Made by a program: the position numbers and the translations under genes | Notes under the pieces: generated by a model | What the model saw: the letters and a program-made list of their open reading frames with translations, nothing else | The model's database searches: none | What the model was told of the DNA's origin: nothing | Origin: a virus | Taxonomy: Duplodnaviria; Caudoviricetes | DNA length: 63,357 nt | Direction: 5' to 3' (one strand) | Virus record (IMG/VR): IMGVR_UViG_3300011116_000174 | Coordinates: 1-63,357 of that record | Shown here: positions 47,767 through 55,934 of the stretch, piece after piece | How positions within the stretch are numbered: position 1 is the stretch's first letter | How the letters are laid out: every line of letters begins with the position of its first letter

Positions 47767-48666
47767 CTACTCCTCGTCATCCCAATCGGCAAGAACCTTA
47801 CTCAAGTCTTTCTTGGGTGCGGGCTCTTCCTTCTTAGTTGCACGTTTAGTAGGCTCTTCTACTTCTTCCGGCTCTTCGACTTTGGCTTGTGCTTTTGGCG
47901 CAGGCTCGGCTTTAGGGGCAGGTGCTTCTAGCTTGGGCGTTGCATCTGTCTTAGGTTTAGGAACAACCATGGTAATTGCACGCATAGCTGACTCGCTCTT
48001 GCCTTGCTCGATAGCTACGGCGATTTCGTTGGATTCCAAAAAGCGCACTGGCTTGAATGTAATCTTAGGAGTGGAGGATGCCGTATCAAACCGCATCTCA
48101 GTTACTACCGCAGTAATCGGAACGCTCTTAGCGCCAATCATCTTTGCATACATTTGCAAAGGCCATTTACCTGCTTCGCCCTCACCAAAAATAGATGTGG
48201 CAGGTAGGGTTAATTGGAACACGTCGCCACCAATATCGTTATCTAGCACAACTGCAATACGCTGACTGTATCGGCAAGCACGGCTATCGCCCTGTCCTGA
48301 ACCTTTGATGTTTTGTGGACAGCTTGCACAACTCTTAGCTTGTGGTTCGGCAATACTATTGTCGGGGAAATCTCCGTTAGCAGACCAACAATCAGGAGGT
48401 CCGGATTGTCCCTTCTTGTATACACCTGCGTAATATGTGCGGGATACCTTTGAGGAAGCCGCGACAATTACAACATTCAGCGAACGCTCTTCTTTAATGG
48501 CTACTTCCTTACCATTAATCAACAAGCGCCATACACCGCCTTCGATAGAAATACGCTTGCTTCCACCGCCGGTATCGCCCATCAGGGCTTTAGTAGTGTC
48601 GTCAAGTTCGGCAACTTTAAGGTGCGCCGGCAACCCTCCATCTAACATAGCAAGTTCGTTGCTCAT
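47767..48666 (-). CDS. Putative ssDNA-binding/annealing protein
   Basis: PPDCWS.NG, CASCPQN..GS, ACRY; acidic C-terminal tail WDDEE. Confidence 0.65.
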   Translation of the reverse strand: MSNELAMLDGGLPAHLKVAELDDTTKALMGDTGGGSKRISIEGGVWRLLINGKEVAIKEERSLNVVIVAASSKVSRTYYAGVYKKGQSGPPDCWSANGDFPDNSIAEPQAKSCASCPQNIKGSGQGDSRACRYSQRIAVVLDNDIGGDVFQLTLPATSIFGEGEAGKWPLQMYAKMIGAKSVPITAVVTEMRFDTASSTPKITFKPVRFLESNEIAVAIEQGKSESAMRAITMVVPKPKTDATPKLEAPAPKAEPAPKAQAKVEEPEEVEEPTKRATKKEEPAPKKDLSKVLADWDDEE

Positions 48667-48678
48667 TATCTTCTCCAT

Positions 48679-49059
48679 TTATTTACGACGAATAACCGCA
48701 GTGAACTGACGGTCAACCTGTAGCCCCGGTGGTAATAGATCGGGGTTTTCCTCAAGGAACGCAGACATCGTTGATTGCGCTATACGCTTTTCTAATAAAT
48801 CAACGGCATCGTGCTTCTTAAGAAAATCATAGAACGAACTCCAATCGCTCGTCCAATATCTTTTGCTGACTTTACGAGAGACAGTGCCAAACTCTGTGCG
48901 CAAACTTTCTGCGCCAGTAGCTTTGCAAATCTCAAGTAATTCAGACTCAATTATTTTTTGTTGTTCTTCAAGATCGTCGTCCTGCTTTTTAAGTTCAGCA
49001 CGTTTATCACGAATCTTGATGTAGGTTTTAACTAGCTTATCAGCCGTAATATTTTCCAT
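48679..49059 (-). CDS. Conserved replication-module protein
   Basis: MENITAD after GGAG; YIKIRD, RTEFGTV, DWSSFYDF, LPPG. Confidence 0.75.
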   Translation of the reverse strand: MENITADKLVKTYIKIRDKRAELKKQDDDLEEQQKIIESELLEICKATGAESLRTEFGTVSRKVSKRYWTSDWSSFYDFLKKHDAVDLLEKRIAQSTMSAFLEENPDLLPPGLQVDRQFTAVIRRK

Positions 49060-49085
49060 ACTCTTCTCCATATAGTTATACCTAT

Positions 49086-49114
49086 AATTTAGTACCAATA
49101 TTTGACTTTGTCAA
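49086..49114 (-). promoter_or_regulatory. Putative sigma70 promoter
   Basis: TTGACA-17 nt-TAAATT. Confidence 0.55.
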
Positions 49115-50658
49115 GAGTCCTCCAAAATATTTTTATAAAGGTCAATCATCTGTGTGTGAATATCAATCTTAGACTGCAACATCTTGTACATTTTCTTTTC
49201 GACCGGCGAGCCTTGTAGATGCACGACTGTGGTGGGGTTGCGTTGTCCCGCACGATGCACGCGAGCGTTAGCTTGTAGATAAGTTTCTACCGATGTAATA
49301 GGGGAAAACCATACCACTACGTTTGCTTCAGTCAGCGTTACACCATGAGAAGCCGCTTGTGGTTGTATTACAAGCACTCTTGGGTTGGGTGTTTCTTGGA
49401 ACTGCTTAAATATTTCTGTGCGTTTGGTAGGTGGCACGTCGCCATTAATAATTTCTGTTGTTATTTTGCTACGCTTTAGTTCTTCGGTAATAATCTCAAT
49501 AGCATGGCGATACGGTACAAATACCAAAACTTTATGGCTTGCTTCTTCTATAACTTCTTTTAGTTCATTGATACGACTAGAAGCGTCAAACTCCACGACT
49601 TCGCCGTTGTCTGAATATACTGCACCGCAAGATAATTGTAATAACTTGTTTAGGTTAGCCGCCGCATTTACTGTTGTGATCTGCTCACCCGCGGCAAGGG
49701 CTATCATGTTCTTACGGATGATCTCGTAGTATTTCATCTGCTGTGCCGTAAGCGGAATATCCCTAGTAACATAGGTCATATCAGGTAAATCTAAACAATC
49801 TTCTTTTGTAAACCGTATTGCAGGTTGCAATATATCGTGAACTATCTTTTCTGAGTTTGGTTTCGGAACCCACTTAAACTGCGTAATCTTGTGCATTACA
49901 GTGTCGCGGAACGAACCAAAGAATCGCGGGACGCCGCTAGGGTTTATCAGTTTGGCTAATCCGTAAGCATCCGTGGGGGATTGGGATGCGGGTGTTCCTG
50001 TCAGCATCCATAACCATGTGTTTGGTTTAAGTATAGAGTTCAACGTTTTCCATCTTGTAGTCGAAACTGTTTTATACGCGTTTGCTTCGTCCACGACAAT
50101 TAGGTCAAACCCTCCTTGCTCAACTGCCTCTTTTATGATTCCTAATCCGTCAAAGTTACATATGACAAATTCTGAACCACTATTGACGGCTTGAATCCGC
50201 TTTTCTCTTGAGTAGCTATGAGCAACGGAACATGTGCGGTGCATGGCAAACTTAAACAAATCGTCTTGCCAAGCCGATTGCATAATGGATAGTGGGCATA
50301 ACACGAGCACGCGTTTGATAACGCCTAGCTTCATTAAATAATCAGCCGCCCAAATTACGCTACCGGTTTTGCCTGTGCCTTGCTCATTAAAGCAATAGGC
50401 ACGGCGGTGTAGGGTTAGGAATGAGGCGGTTTCTTTTTGGTGATCGAACGGTTTATACAAACCGGGCCACTCGTAGTGAGCAGTAATTGGGGACGGTACG
50501 TTTTTTATCTTTAGGTTTTTTAATACTTGGGACTCTTCGATGCCCCACTTAACAACTACTTCCCCGCTATCTAACATTCTGCTCTTAGGGATAACCGTCA
50601 GTATGCGGTTTGGGTCTTTGACTTTTAGTAATAATGCTTTGTTTTCTATTATTTGCAC
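49111..50658 (-). CDS. SNF2-family helicase
   Basis: EQGTGKT, VVDEA, LTGTP, HGVTLT, QANARVHRAGQ; likely GTG start at 50658. Confidence 0.9.
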   Translation of the reverse strand: MQIIENKALLLKVKDPNRILTVIPKSRMLDSGEVVVKWGIEESQVLKNLKIKNVPSPITAHYEWPGLYKPFDHQKETASFLTLHRRAYCFNEQGTGKTGSVIWAADYLMKLGVIKRVLVLCPLSIMQSAWQDDLFKFAMHRTCSVAHSYSREKRIQAVNSGSEFVICNFDGLGIIKEAVEQGGFDLIVVDEANAYKTVSTTRWKTLNSILKPNTWLWMLTGTPASQSPTDAYGLAKLINPSGVPRFFGSFRDTVMHKITQFKWVPKPNSEKIVHDILQPAIRFTKEDCLDLPDMTYVTRDIPLTAQQMKYYEIIRKNMIALAAGEQITTVNAAANLNKLLQLSCGAVYSDNGEVVEFDASSRINELKEVIEEASHKVLVFVPYRHAIEIITEELKRSKITTEIINGDVPPTKRTEIFKQFQETPNPRVLVIQPQAASHGVTLTEANVVVWFSPITSVETYLQANARVHRAGQRNPTTVVHLQGSPVEKKMYKMLQSKIDIHTQMIDLYKNILEDS

Positions 50659-50864
50659 TCTCTTCTCCGACGACAAATCGCTCAAAACACATGTTTTGAG
50701 TTGCACCTTACGGGTGCTAGTCGGCTATCTCTCTGCCCAAGGAGGGAAGTCGTATCTGCGAAAGATCAGATCAACTAACTGGCAACGATAACTGATATGG
50801 TTATTTGGGCTATGAGAACCCTGTCGCTATCACTCATACCTTACTTCACGACATCACTACAACA

Positions 50865-51182
50865 TCAAACCTTCTTTTTACGCTCTCTCTTACTTACTTC
50901 AGAAACTAAATTGCCTTGCGAATCTCTTTTAAAGGAACGATTCTTAGCCGGTGTGGTGATATACACACCATGTTTATTAGAACCACCCTTGTCTAATGCT
51001 TTTTTGTGGGCTACGTCTTTGCCCTCACGTGCGTCAGCTTTGCCGTTGCCATTTGCATCTTTACCGTTTTTATCAATAGCACGACGAGCACGTTGGCGCT
51101 CCATGCGGTTCTCGTGTTCGCCCCTTGCTTTTTGCAAGGCATATTCCCTTTTATAGGGTCTTGGTGATTTAGTGTATGGCAT
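50865..51182 (-). CDS. Small HNH-like protein
   Basis: GKDVAHKKAL.KGGSN...NRSF. Confidence 0.65.
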   Translation of the reverse strand: MPYTKSPRPYKREYALQKARGEHENRMERQRARRAIDKNGKDANGNGKADAREGKDVAHKKALDKGGSNKHGVYITTPAKNRSFKRDSQGNLVSEVSKRERKKKV

Positions 51183-51850
51183 TAGTGTTGTTTCCCATTA
51201 TGTTCGCAGTCGGTTACTGGACACCAACCCTTACAGGAAAAGTTTGGCTTTTTATTCCAAACGTTGCTCTCAATCGCTCCCTCTAAGCGCTTGGTATCTT
51301 CTAGCCACTTGCTCCAATACACCCCTTCGTTATCCTGCTCAAAGTTGGCTTTTATAAAGTCGTTGGCTACTACAAATAGTAACCCAGCTTTGACTTTTTT
51401 GACTTGCGGATAGTGCTTGAATACTGCCAAAGCAAGTAGTTCTAGCTGATCGGTTTCGGCAAATTTTGCCTTTCCGGTTTTATAATCAATAACATACGCA
51501 CGATCCTCTTGGATAATCAAAAGGTCAGCCACCCCGCGCCACCAAACATCCTTGGCAAAAAAGGTGCAGGGCTTCAAATCATAGGTCAGCCCTAACCGTT
51601 CTTCGCACAATTTCTCGCCGGGGATGTCTTTGAGTTTGTCGAGATGGTCTTGCATAAAGCTAAACTGCTCGGGGATTGGTGTGCCTTTTCCAATGTAGTT
51701 TTCGGCGGCTTTATGAACTTCATTACCATAGACCAAGTGTTCGCCAAGCGGTTCCGTAATATCTTTAACTACTTTTAGCCGATAGTATCGGTGCGGGCAC
51801 TGCTTAAATAAACTAAGCGACGAGTACGACCATGTATATTTGTTTGTCAT
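51182..51850 (-). CDS. PD-(D/E)XK (Cas4/RecB-like) exonuclease
   Basis: WSYSSL.LF.QCP, GNEVH, GVADL, IDYKTGK, QL.L.A, C..WCP...C. Confidence 0.85.
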   Translation of the reverse strand: MTNKYTWSYSSLSLFKQCPHRYYRLKVVKDITEPLGEHLVYGNEVHKAAENYIGKGTPIPEQFSFMQDHLDKLKDIPGEKLCEERLGLTYDLKPCTFFAKDVWWRGVADLLIIQEDRAYVIDYKTGKAKFAETDQLELLALAVFKHYPQVKKVKAGLLFVVANDFIKANFEQDNEGVYWSKWLEDTKRLEGAIESNVWNKKPNFSCKGWCPVTDCEHNGKQH

Positions 51851-51930
51851 TTGTTTTTCCAAAAGATTGCTGAAAGCACTCCAAGTATTGCTAAAAATAA
51901 TAGCGTTCCTAAAACTATGTAGTAGACCAT

Positions 51931-52233
51931 TTAGCACCTACTGTCGTCAAGCTTTTTCTTTTTCTTCTTGTATATTTTTTTAAGCATCTCTTCTCTATAT
52001 GCTTTAGCTTCGTCCGTAGCATACTCGTCAAGTTGCGCAATCTTTTTATATTCGTCAAATAACTTTTCGCAATACAGGTCAAGGGTATACTCGACCGCAA
52101 TTAGTTGATTTGCCATTTCGTCTTCTGTCATGACCTCGGGGTGATCCATATAGCGCCACAACAACGTCTGAATTTGTTGTTTGACTGTCCAAAGGTTATG
52201 TATGTGTGTTTCTAAATCTGTAATACTCTTCAT
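51931..52233 (-). CDS. Hypothetical protein
   Basis: Coupled ORF. Confidence 0.7.
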   Translation of the reverse strand: MKSITDLETHIHNLWTVKQQIQTLLWRYMDHPEVMTEDEMANQLIAVEYTLDLYCEKLFDEYKKIAQLDEYATDEAKAYREEMLKKIYKKKKKKLDDSRC

Positions 52234-52409
52234 TAGTCTCTCCCAAAAAAGTCTTTCATAGTGTAACCACGCTTCTTTAAAGCAATTCTAAGTTTGCGCA
52301 GAGCGTTCTTTTCTAAATCAGCCACCGCCGCACGAGATACTCCCAACACCTCTGCTACTTCCTGCTGTGTCATATTGGGTTGTGGTGGTTTATTTTTCTT
52401 GTCCTGCAT
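52233..52409 (-). CDS. Small sigma70-region-4-like HTH protein (58 aa)
   Basis: Not in ORF track; MTQQEVAEVLGVSRAAVADLEKNALRKLR. Confidence 0.7.
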   Translation of the reverse strand: MQDKKNKPPQPNMTQQEVAEVLGVSRAAVADLEKNALRKLRIALKKRGYTMKDFFGRD

Positions 52410-52554
52410 TTTTCGCTAATACCGTTAATAGTCTAAGTTCTGCTAGTGTATTTAGTGCATGCTCCTCTGCTTCTTTGTATTCCTTATCTCTCATCGCCTC
52501 TTCGTATAATTTTAAATTTCGTTTTGCCTCTAGTAAAAAAGACGAGTATTCCAT
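52390..52554 (-). CDS. Small hypothetical protein (54 aa)
   Basis: Not in ORF track; MEYSSFLLEAKRNL..., TGATG overlap with the pol stop. Confidence 0.6.
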   Translation of the reverse strand: MEYSSFLLEAKRNLKLYEEAMRDKEYKEAEEHALNTLAELRLLTVLAKNAGQEK

Positions 52555-54395
52555 CAACAATCTCCGTAACTATATCCATAACTTGCTTCACAATTTAAAG
52601 GCAAAGTATCCGCCCACGTTGGTCTCCAACGCATACATTCCATCACGTATTGAAGGGCTTCCTCTTTCTCTTCTTCTTTTGCGATACAGGCAACGGCATC
52701 ATGCACCGTTAAAACTACCCTATATCGTTGGCTTATTTTAATCATTTGTTCAGCAATCACACAACGCGCCACTGCTTGACAAATGTTCTCAATTACTTTA
52801 CCGCCGTAAAGCTTTACCATACCGCGTCTTGTCGGGTATTCAAATTGGGTATTACCCTGAGGGTCTGTAACTTTATCAATACCTTCGTAGCGTTGCCATA
52901 ACCCACTGGGTAATAAAAACCCTGCTTTGTATGGGTCAAATCCAACTACATCAGGCACACCCAAAGAGCATGCTTGCTTAGATATTATGGCGTCTAAGCA
53001 TCTACCCGCTTGTTTCCATAGTTCGGGTATCTTTCCGTAAGTCGCCCGATAAATTTGTATAATGTGGCTCGCTTCATCTTCCGGTATATCGACTCCGAAT
53101 GTTTTAAGTTGGGCTTGGAACTTCTTACCGCCCATGCCGTATCCGGCGCCGAGAATCGTCGTTTTACCCACAAACCTCTCTGCCGTAGATATTTCTGAGA
53201 CATCCTTGCTATATATAGCAGATGCCATGATTTTGTATACGTCCTCGCCATTCTCAAATGCCTCCACCAAATCTGTTTGTCCTGCTAACCACGCAACCGT
53301 TCGCGCTTCAATCTGCGACGAGTCTGCATCAATAACCACATACCCTTCGGGGGCGCATATGGCTTTCTTTAATTTGTTTGCGTTTGCCCCGCGACTAGGT
53401 AAGTTTTGTAGATTAATTTTGTCATCACCGCCCCACCGCCCAGTGTGCGCCGCGTAATATTTAATCGGTACAGGTAACTTCCCACGCTTGGCTATATCAA
53501 TAAAGCGTTGTGTGCGCGTCTCTTCAAGCGTAGTCTTGTTGCCCAATCTTGCTTCGACCAAAGCCTGAACGCGAGGATCAGGATGTGATGCCAGTTGCTT
53601 GAACGCTTCGTCGGTCTTAGCAAATGCCCACGCTTCCTTGCCAGTGCGCGCACTGATCTTTGTAGGGGGGTCTACACCCAAAGACTTTAATATATCTGCA
53701 AACTTCTCGTTTGACATCAGCGTATCTTTGTCTGCCACGCACGCTAGTAGTAGGGCTTCCTTTTTGTTTTTAGTATCCTCTAAGTGTTGCTCAAGTAGTG
53801 GTAGGTTTAGTTCCAGTACCGGTTCAATAAACATCTTTAGAGTTGTGTCGATTACCTTGAGTTCTTTCATAGGAAAGCCACCACCAATCCCAGGCAACAT
53901 AAGTATGTTAAACAACGTGTATGTCAAATCCACATCGTTCCTACAATACTCACCATAGGCATCTATCTCTGACTGGGTAAAGTTGTTACGGCGTTTGCCC
54001 ATAGCATTTATCACTTCCGTGCCTTTTTCGCCGATGTTATAACGTTCAGCTAATACTTTAAGACTACCGCCCGCCTCAACACCATGGGTAGCACGAGCCA
54101 TACAAAGTGTATCGAGCCAACCCTTCGGTTTGATACCATAGCGCCAAGATAAAATAGCGCCATCAAACTGAGTGTTGTGCGCTAGGACTAGGCAGTTCTT
54201 CCAGTCATATAGTTTGGCAAAGCGGGACTCGGTCATGTGTTTGTTGTCATACCAAACAGTTTCGCCGTCGTCTTCTTTCACCGCTACACCGATAACCTCA
54301 AACCGATCATCGCGAATGTACTCCTCGGTCGTCAATCGCGACAAAGAATATTCTCTGTCGTAATACGTTTCAAAATCTACCGTTAATATTTTCAT
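52554..54395 (-). CDS. polA: Family A DNA polymerase with 3'-5' exonuclease
   Basis: DFET, AHN..FD, HTGRW, NLQNLP, DSSQIEAR, RFVGK...LG.GYG, TVHD. Confidence 0.92.
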   Translation of the reverse strand: MKILTVDFETYYDREYSLSRLTTEEYIRDDRFEVIGVAVKEDDGETVWYDNKHMTESRFAKLYDWKNCLVLAHNTQFDGAILSWRYGIKPKGWLDTLCMARATHGVEAGGSLKVLAERYNIGEKGTEVINAMGKRRNNFTQSEIDAYGEYCRNDVDLTYTLFNILMLPGIGGGFPMKELKVIDTTLKMFIEPVLELNLPLLEQHLEDTKNKKEALLLACVADKDTLMSNEKFADILKSLGVDPPTKISARTGKEAWAFAKTDEAFKQLASHPDPRVQALVEARLGNKTTLEETRTQRFIDIAKRGKLPVPIKYYAAHTGRWGGDDKINLQNLPSRGANANKLKKAICAPEGYVVIDADSSQIEARTVAWLAGQTDLVEAFENGEDVYKIMASAIYSKDVSEISTAERFVGKTTILGAGYGMGGKKFQAQLKTFGVDIPEDEASHIIQIYRATYGKIPELWKQAGRCLDAIISKQACSLGVPDVVGFDPYKAGFLLPSGLWQRYEGIDKVTDPQGNTQFEYPTRRGMVKLYGGKVIENICQAVARCVIAEQMIKISQRYRVVLTVHDAVACIAKEEEKEEALQYVMECMRWRPTWADTLPLNCEASYGYSYGDC

Positions 54396-54625
54396 TTGTC
54401 TAACATGTCATCAACAAGGCACTGAGACAATACTTGTGCCAATCCAACCCTATGCGACTTGCGCTCCTCTTGTTCGTCAGTCGTGTAAATAAAAAGAGAG
54501 TCATCTTTGTGCATAGCGATTCCAACAAAGCTAACTATCTCACCATTTTCAAATTCTTTCAATAGGGTTTTCAATGATGAATAAACATCTTCTCGTTTTC
54601 TATTAATTGATACTATATTTGCCAT
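54392..54625 (-). CDS. Hypothetical protein (77 aa)
   Basis: MANIVSIN after AAGGAG, immediately downstream of the array. Confidence 0.7.
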   Translation of the reverse strand: MANIVSINRKREDVYSSLKTLLKEFENGEIVSFVGIAMHKDDSLFIYTTDEQEERKSHRVGLAQVLSQCLVDDMLDK

Positions 54626-54638
54626 TTCTTTTCTCCTT

Positions 54639-55297
54639 GATATCCTCACCCGACCACACCTAGACTCGCATCACCGCACCGTTCCATACCTTACCGAAAA
54701 ATCCATACCATGCCTTACATGACCTTCGCCATACAGCGCCTAGCCGAGCCACGAACTCCTTGCCATAACTCACCCCGCCGTATCGTACCGAACCGAGCCA
54801 TGCCCGAGCGCGAACTCCTTGCCTGACTGAATCCCGCCACTCCTAGCTATAACATGCCGAACCTAGAACTCCGTGTCTTACCAAACTTCGCCGTGCCCGA
54901 CCATGCCGAGCCGTACCGCGCTAGAACCACGATACCCAAACCTTGCCGATCCCAACTTCACCGCACCACACCTCGCCCCGCCTAGTGGGAACCGCAATAC
55001 CCTTGCCAAACCGGGCACGAACTGAACTCACCATGCCCAACCCTGAACTCCTCACTACACCGCACCTTACCCAACCATGCCTCTACTAACCATGAATCCC
55101 TTACCTCACCAGTACAAACCTCGCACCGCCCGACCCGACCTAACCGCATCGCGCATCACCAAAAAATCCATACCGAACCTTTCCTCACCCGACCAGACCC
55201 CGCCGTAGCTAGTCAAGAAGCCCAAGCCTTGCCCTGCCGGATCGGGACAGACCGATCCATGCCGGGACGCGCCATACACTACCGGAGCCTGATGCCC
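54639..55297 (-). ncRNA. Array of 11 putative guide RNAs: (GGY-NN)n pentamer tracts separated by 7-nt GGRNWUY linkers
   Basis: 5-nt periodicity NN-RCC on the + strand; 12 linkers; begins 3 nt after the stop codon of the RAMP-like gene. Confidence 0.85.
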
Positions 55298-55300
55298 TAG

Positions 55301-55912
55301 TTATGCTACTTTTTTGAGTGGCATTTTTACCGCTGCGAACTTTTTAACTTCATAGCGACCATGACGTGGTCTCCAATCGCCGATGCCAACGTAAGAACCC
55401 GCGTCTTCAACCCAACGCTTTAACTGCGCTTCGTTTGCTACGTCTGAGTTAATAGATACTTTGAACTTAGCAGTCCAGTCTTTGAAGTGCGGACGAGTGC
55501 GCATAACCTTTGCCATACCAACACGCACCGCAACACAGATACGATGGTCTTCGCTCTCAACCAACTGATCGACAGTCATTGTTCCGCCTTCGTATGTAAA
55601 CGTAGCATCGGTATCTACAAACATACCTGATAATGCCAATTTACCTTCCTTGCTTTTCTTAGCGCCTTCGACAAGCACCGACTCAAGCACACGACTTGGG
55701 ACAATTACTTCGTTCTTTTTGTTTAGGTATAACCCTGCACGATACTCGATGTTTGCCATAGCTTCATAGTCTGTATCGGTTTTCTTGCGCTTGCTACTAA
55801 TTTCTTTCATAGCTTTGCTAAACGGATTAAGCGGGTCTGCCGTTTGTCCGTTGTGCATAATCAATGAATCACCGCTTAATTCAACTTCATATTGTGTGTA
55901 GCCTTTTGGCAT
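55301..55912 (-). CDS. Cas7/RAMP-like RNA-binding protein (putative guide-RNA filament subunit)
   Basis: N-terminal strand + LIMHN; IVPSRVLESVL..GA helix; RTRPHF..W; C-terminal Gly-rich loop AGSYVGIGDWRPRHGRY; GAGGAG RBS. Confidence 0.75.
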   Translation of the reverse strand: MPKGYTQYEVELSGDSLIMHNGQTADPLNPFSKAMKEISSKRKKTDTDYEAMANIEYRAGLYLNKKNEVIVPSRVLESVLVEGAKKSKEGKLALSGMFVDTDATFTYEGGTMTVDQLVESEDHRICVAVRVGMAKVMRTRPHFKDWTAKFKVSINSDVANEAQLKRWVEDAGSYVGIGDWRPRHGRYEVKKFAAVKMPLKKVA

Positions 55913-55934
55913 GTTACTCTCCTCTTTATTTAAA

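Noticed and set aside
49024-49056. G11 match to ENITADKLVKT in the phage's own gene
   Set aside because: Only 6 of 11 dinucleotides match; it illustrates the chance-match level and is weaker than the polymerase match
51182-51850. Cas4-like nuclease as the guide-acquisition enzyme
   Set aside because: It is a routine member of phage pol-nuclease-helicase modules and is separated from the array by several genes
54639-55297. CRISPR array, simple microsatellite or low-complexity CDS
   Set aside because: No 25-40 nt direct repeats with spacers; NN strings are non-repetitive and linkers regular; no ORF of 60 aa or more lies within it in the track
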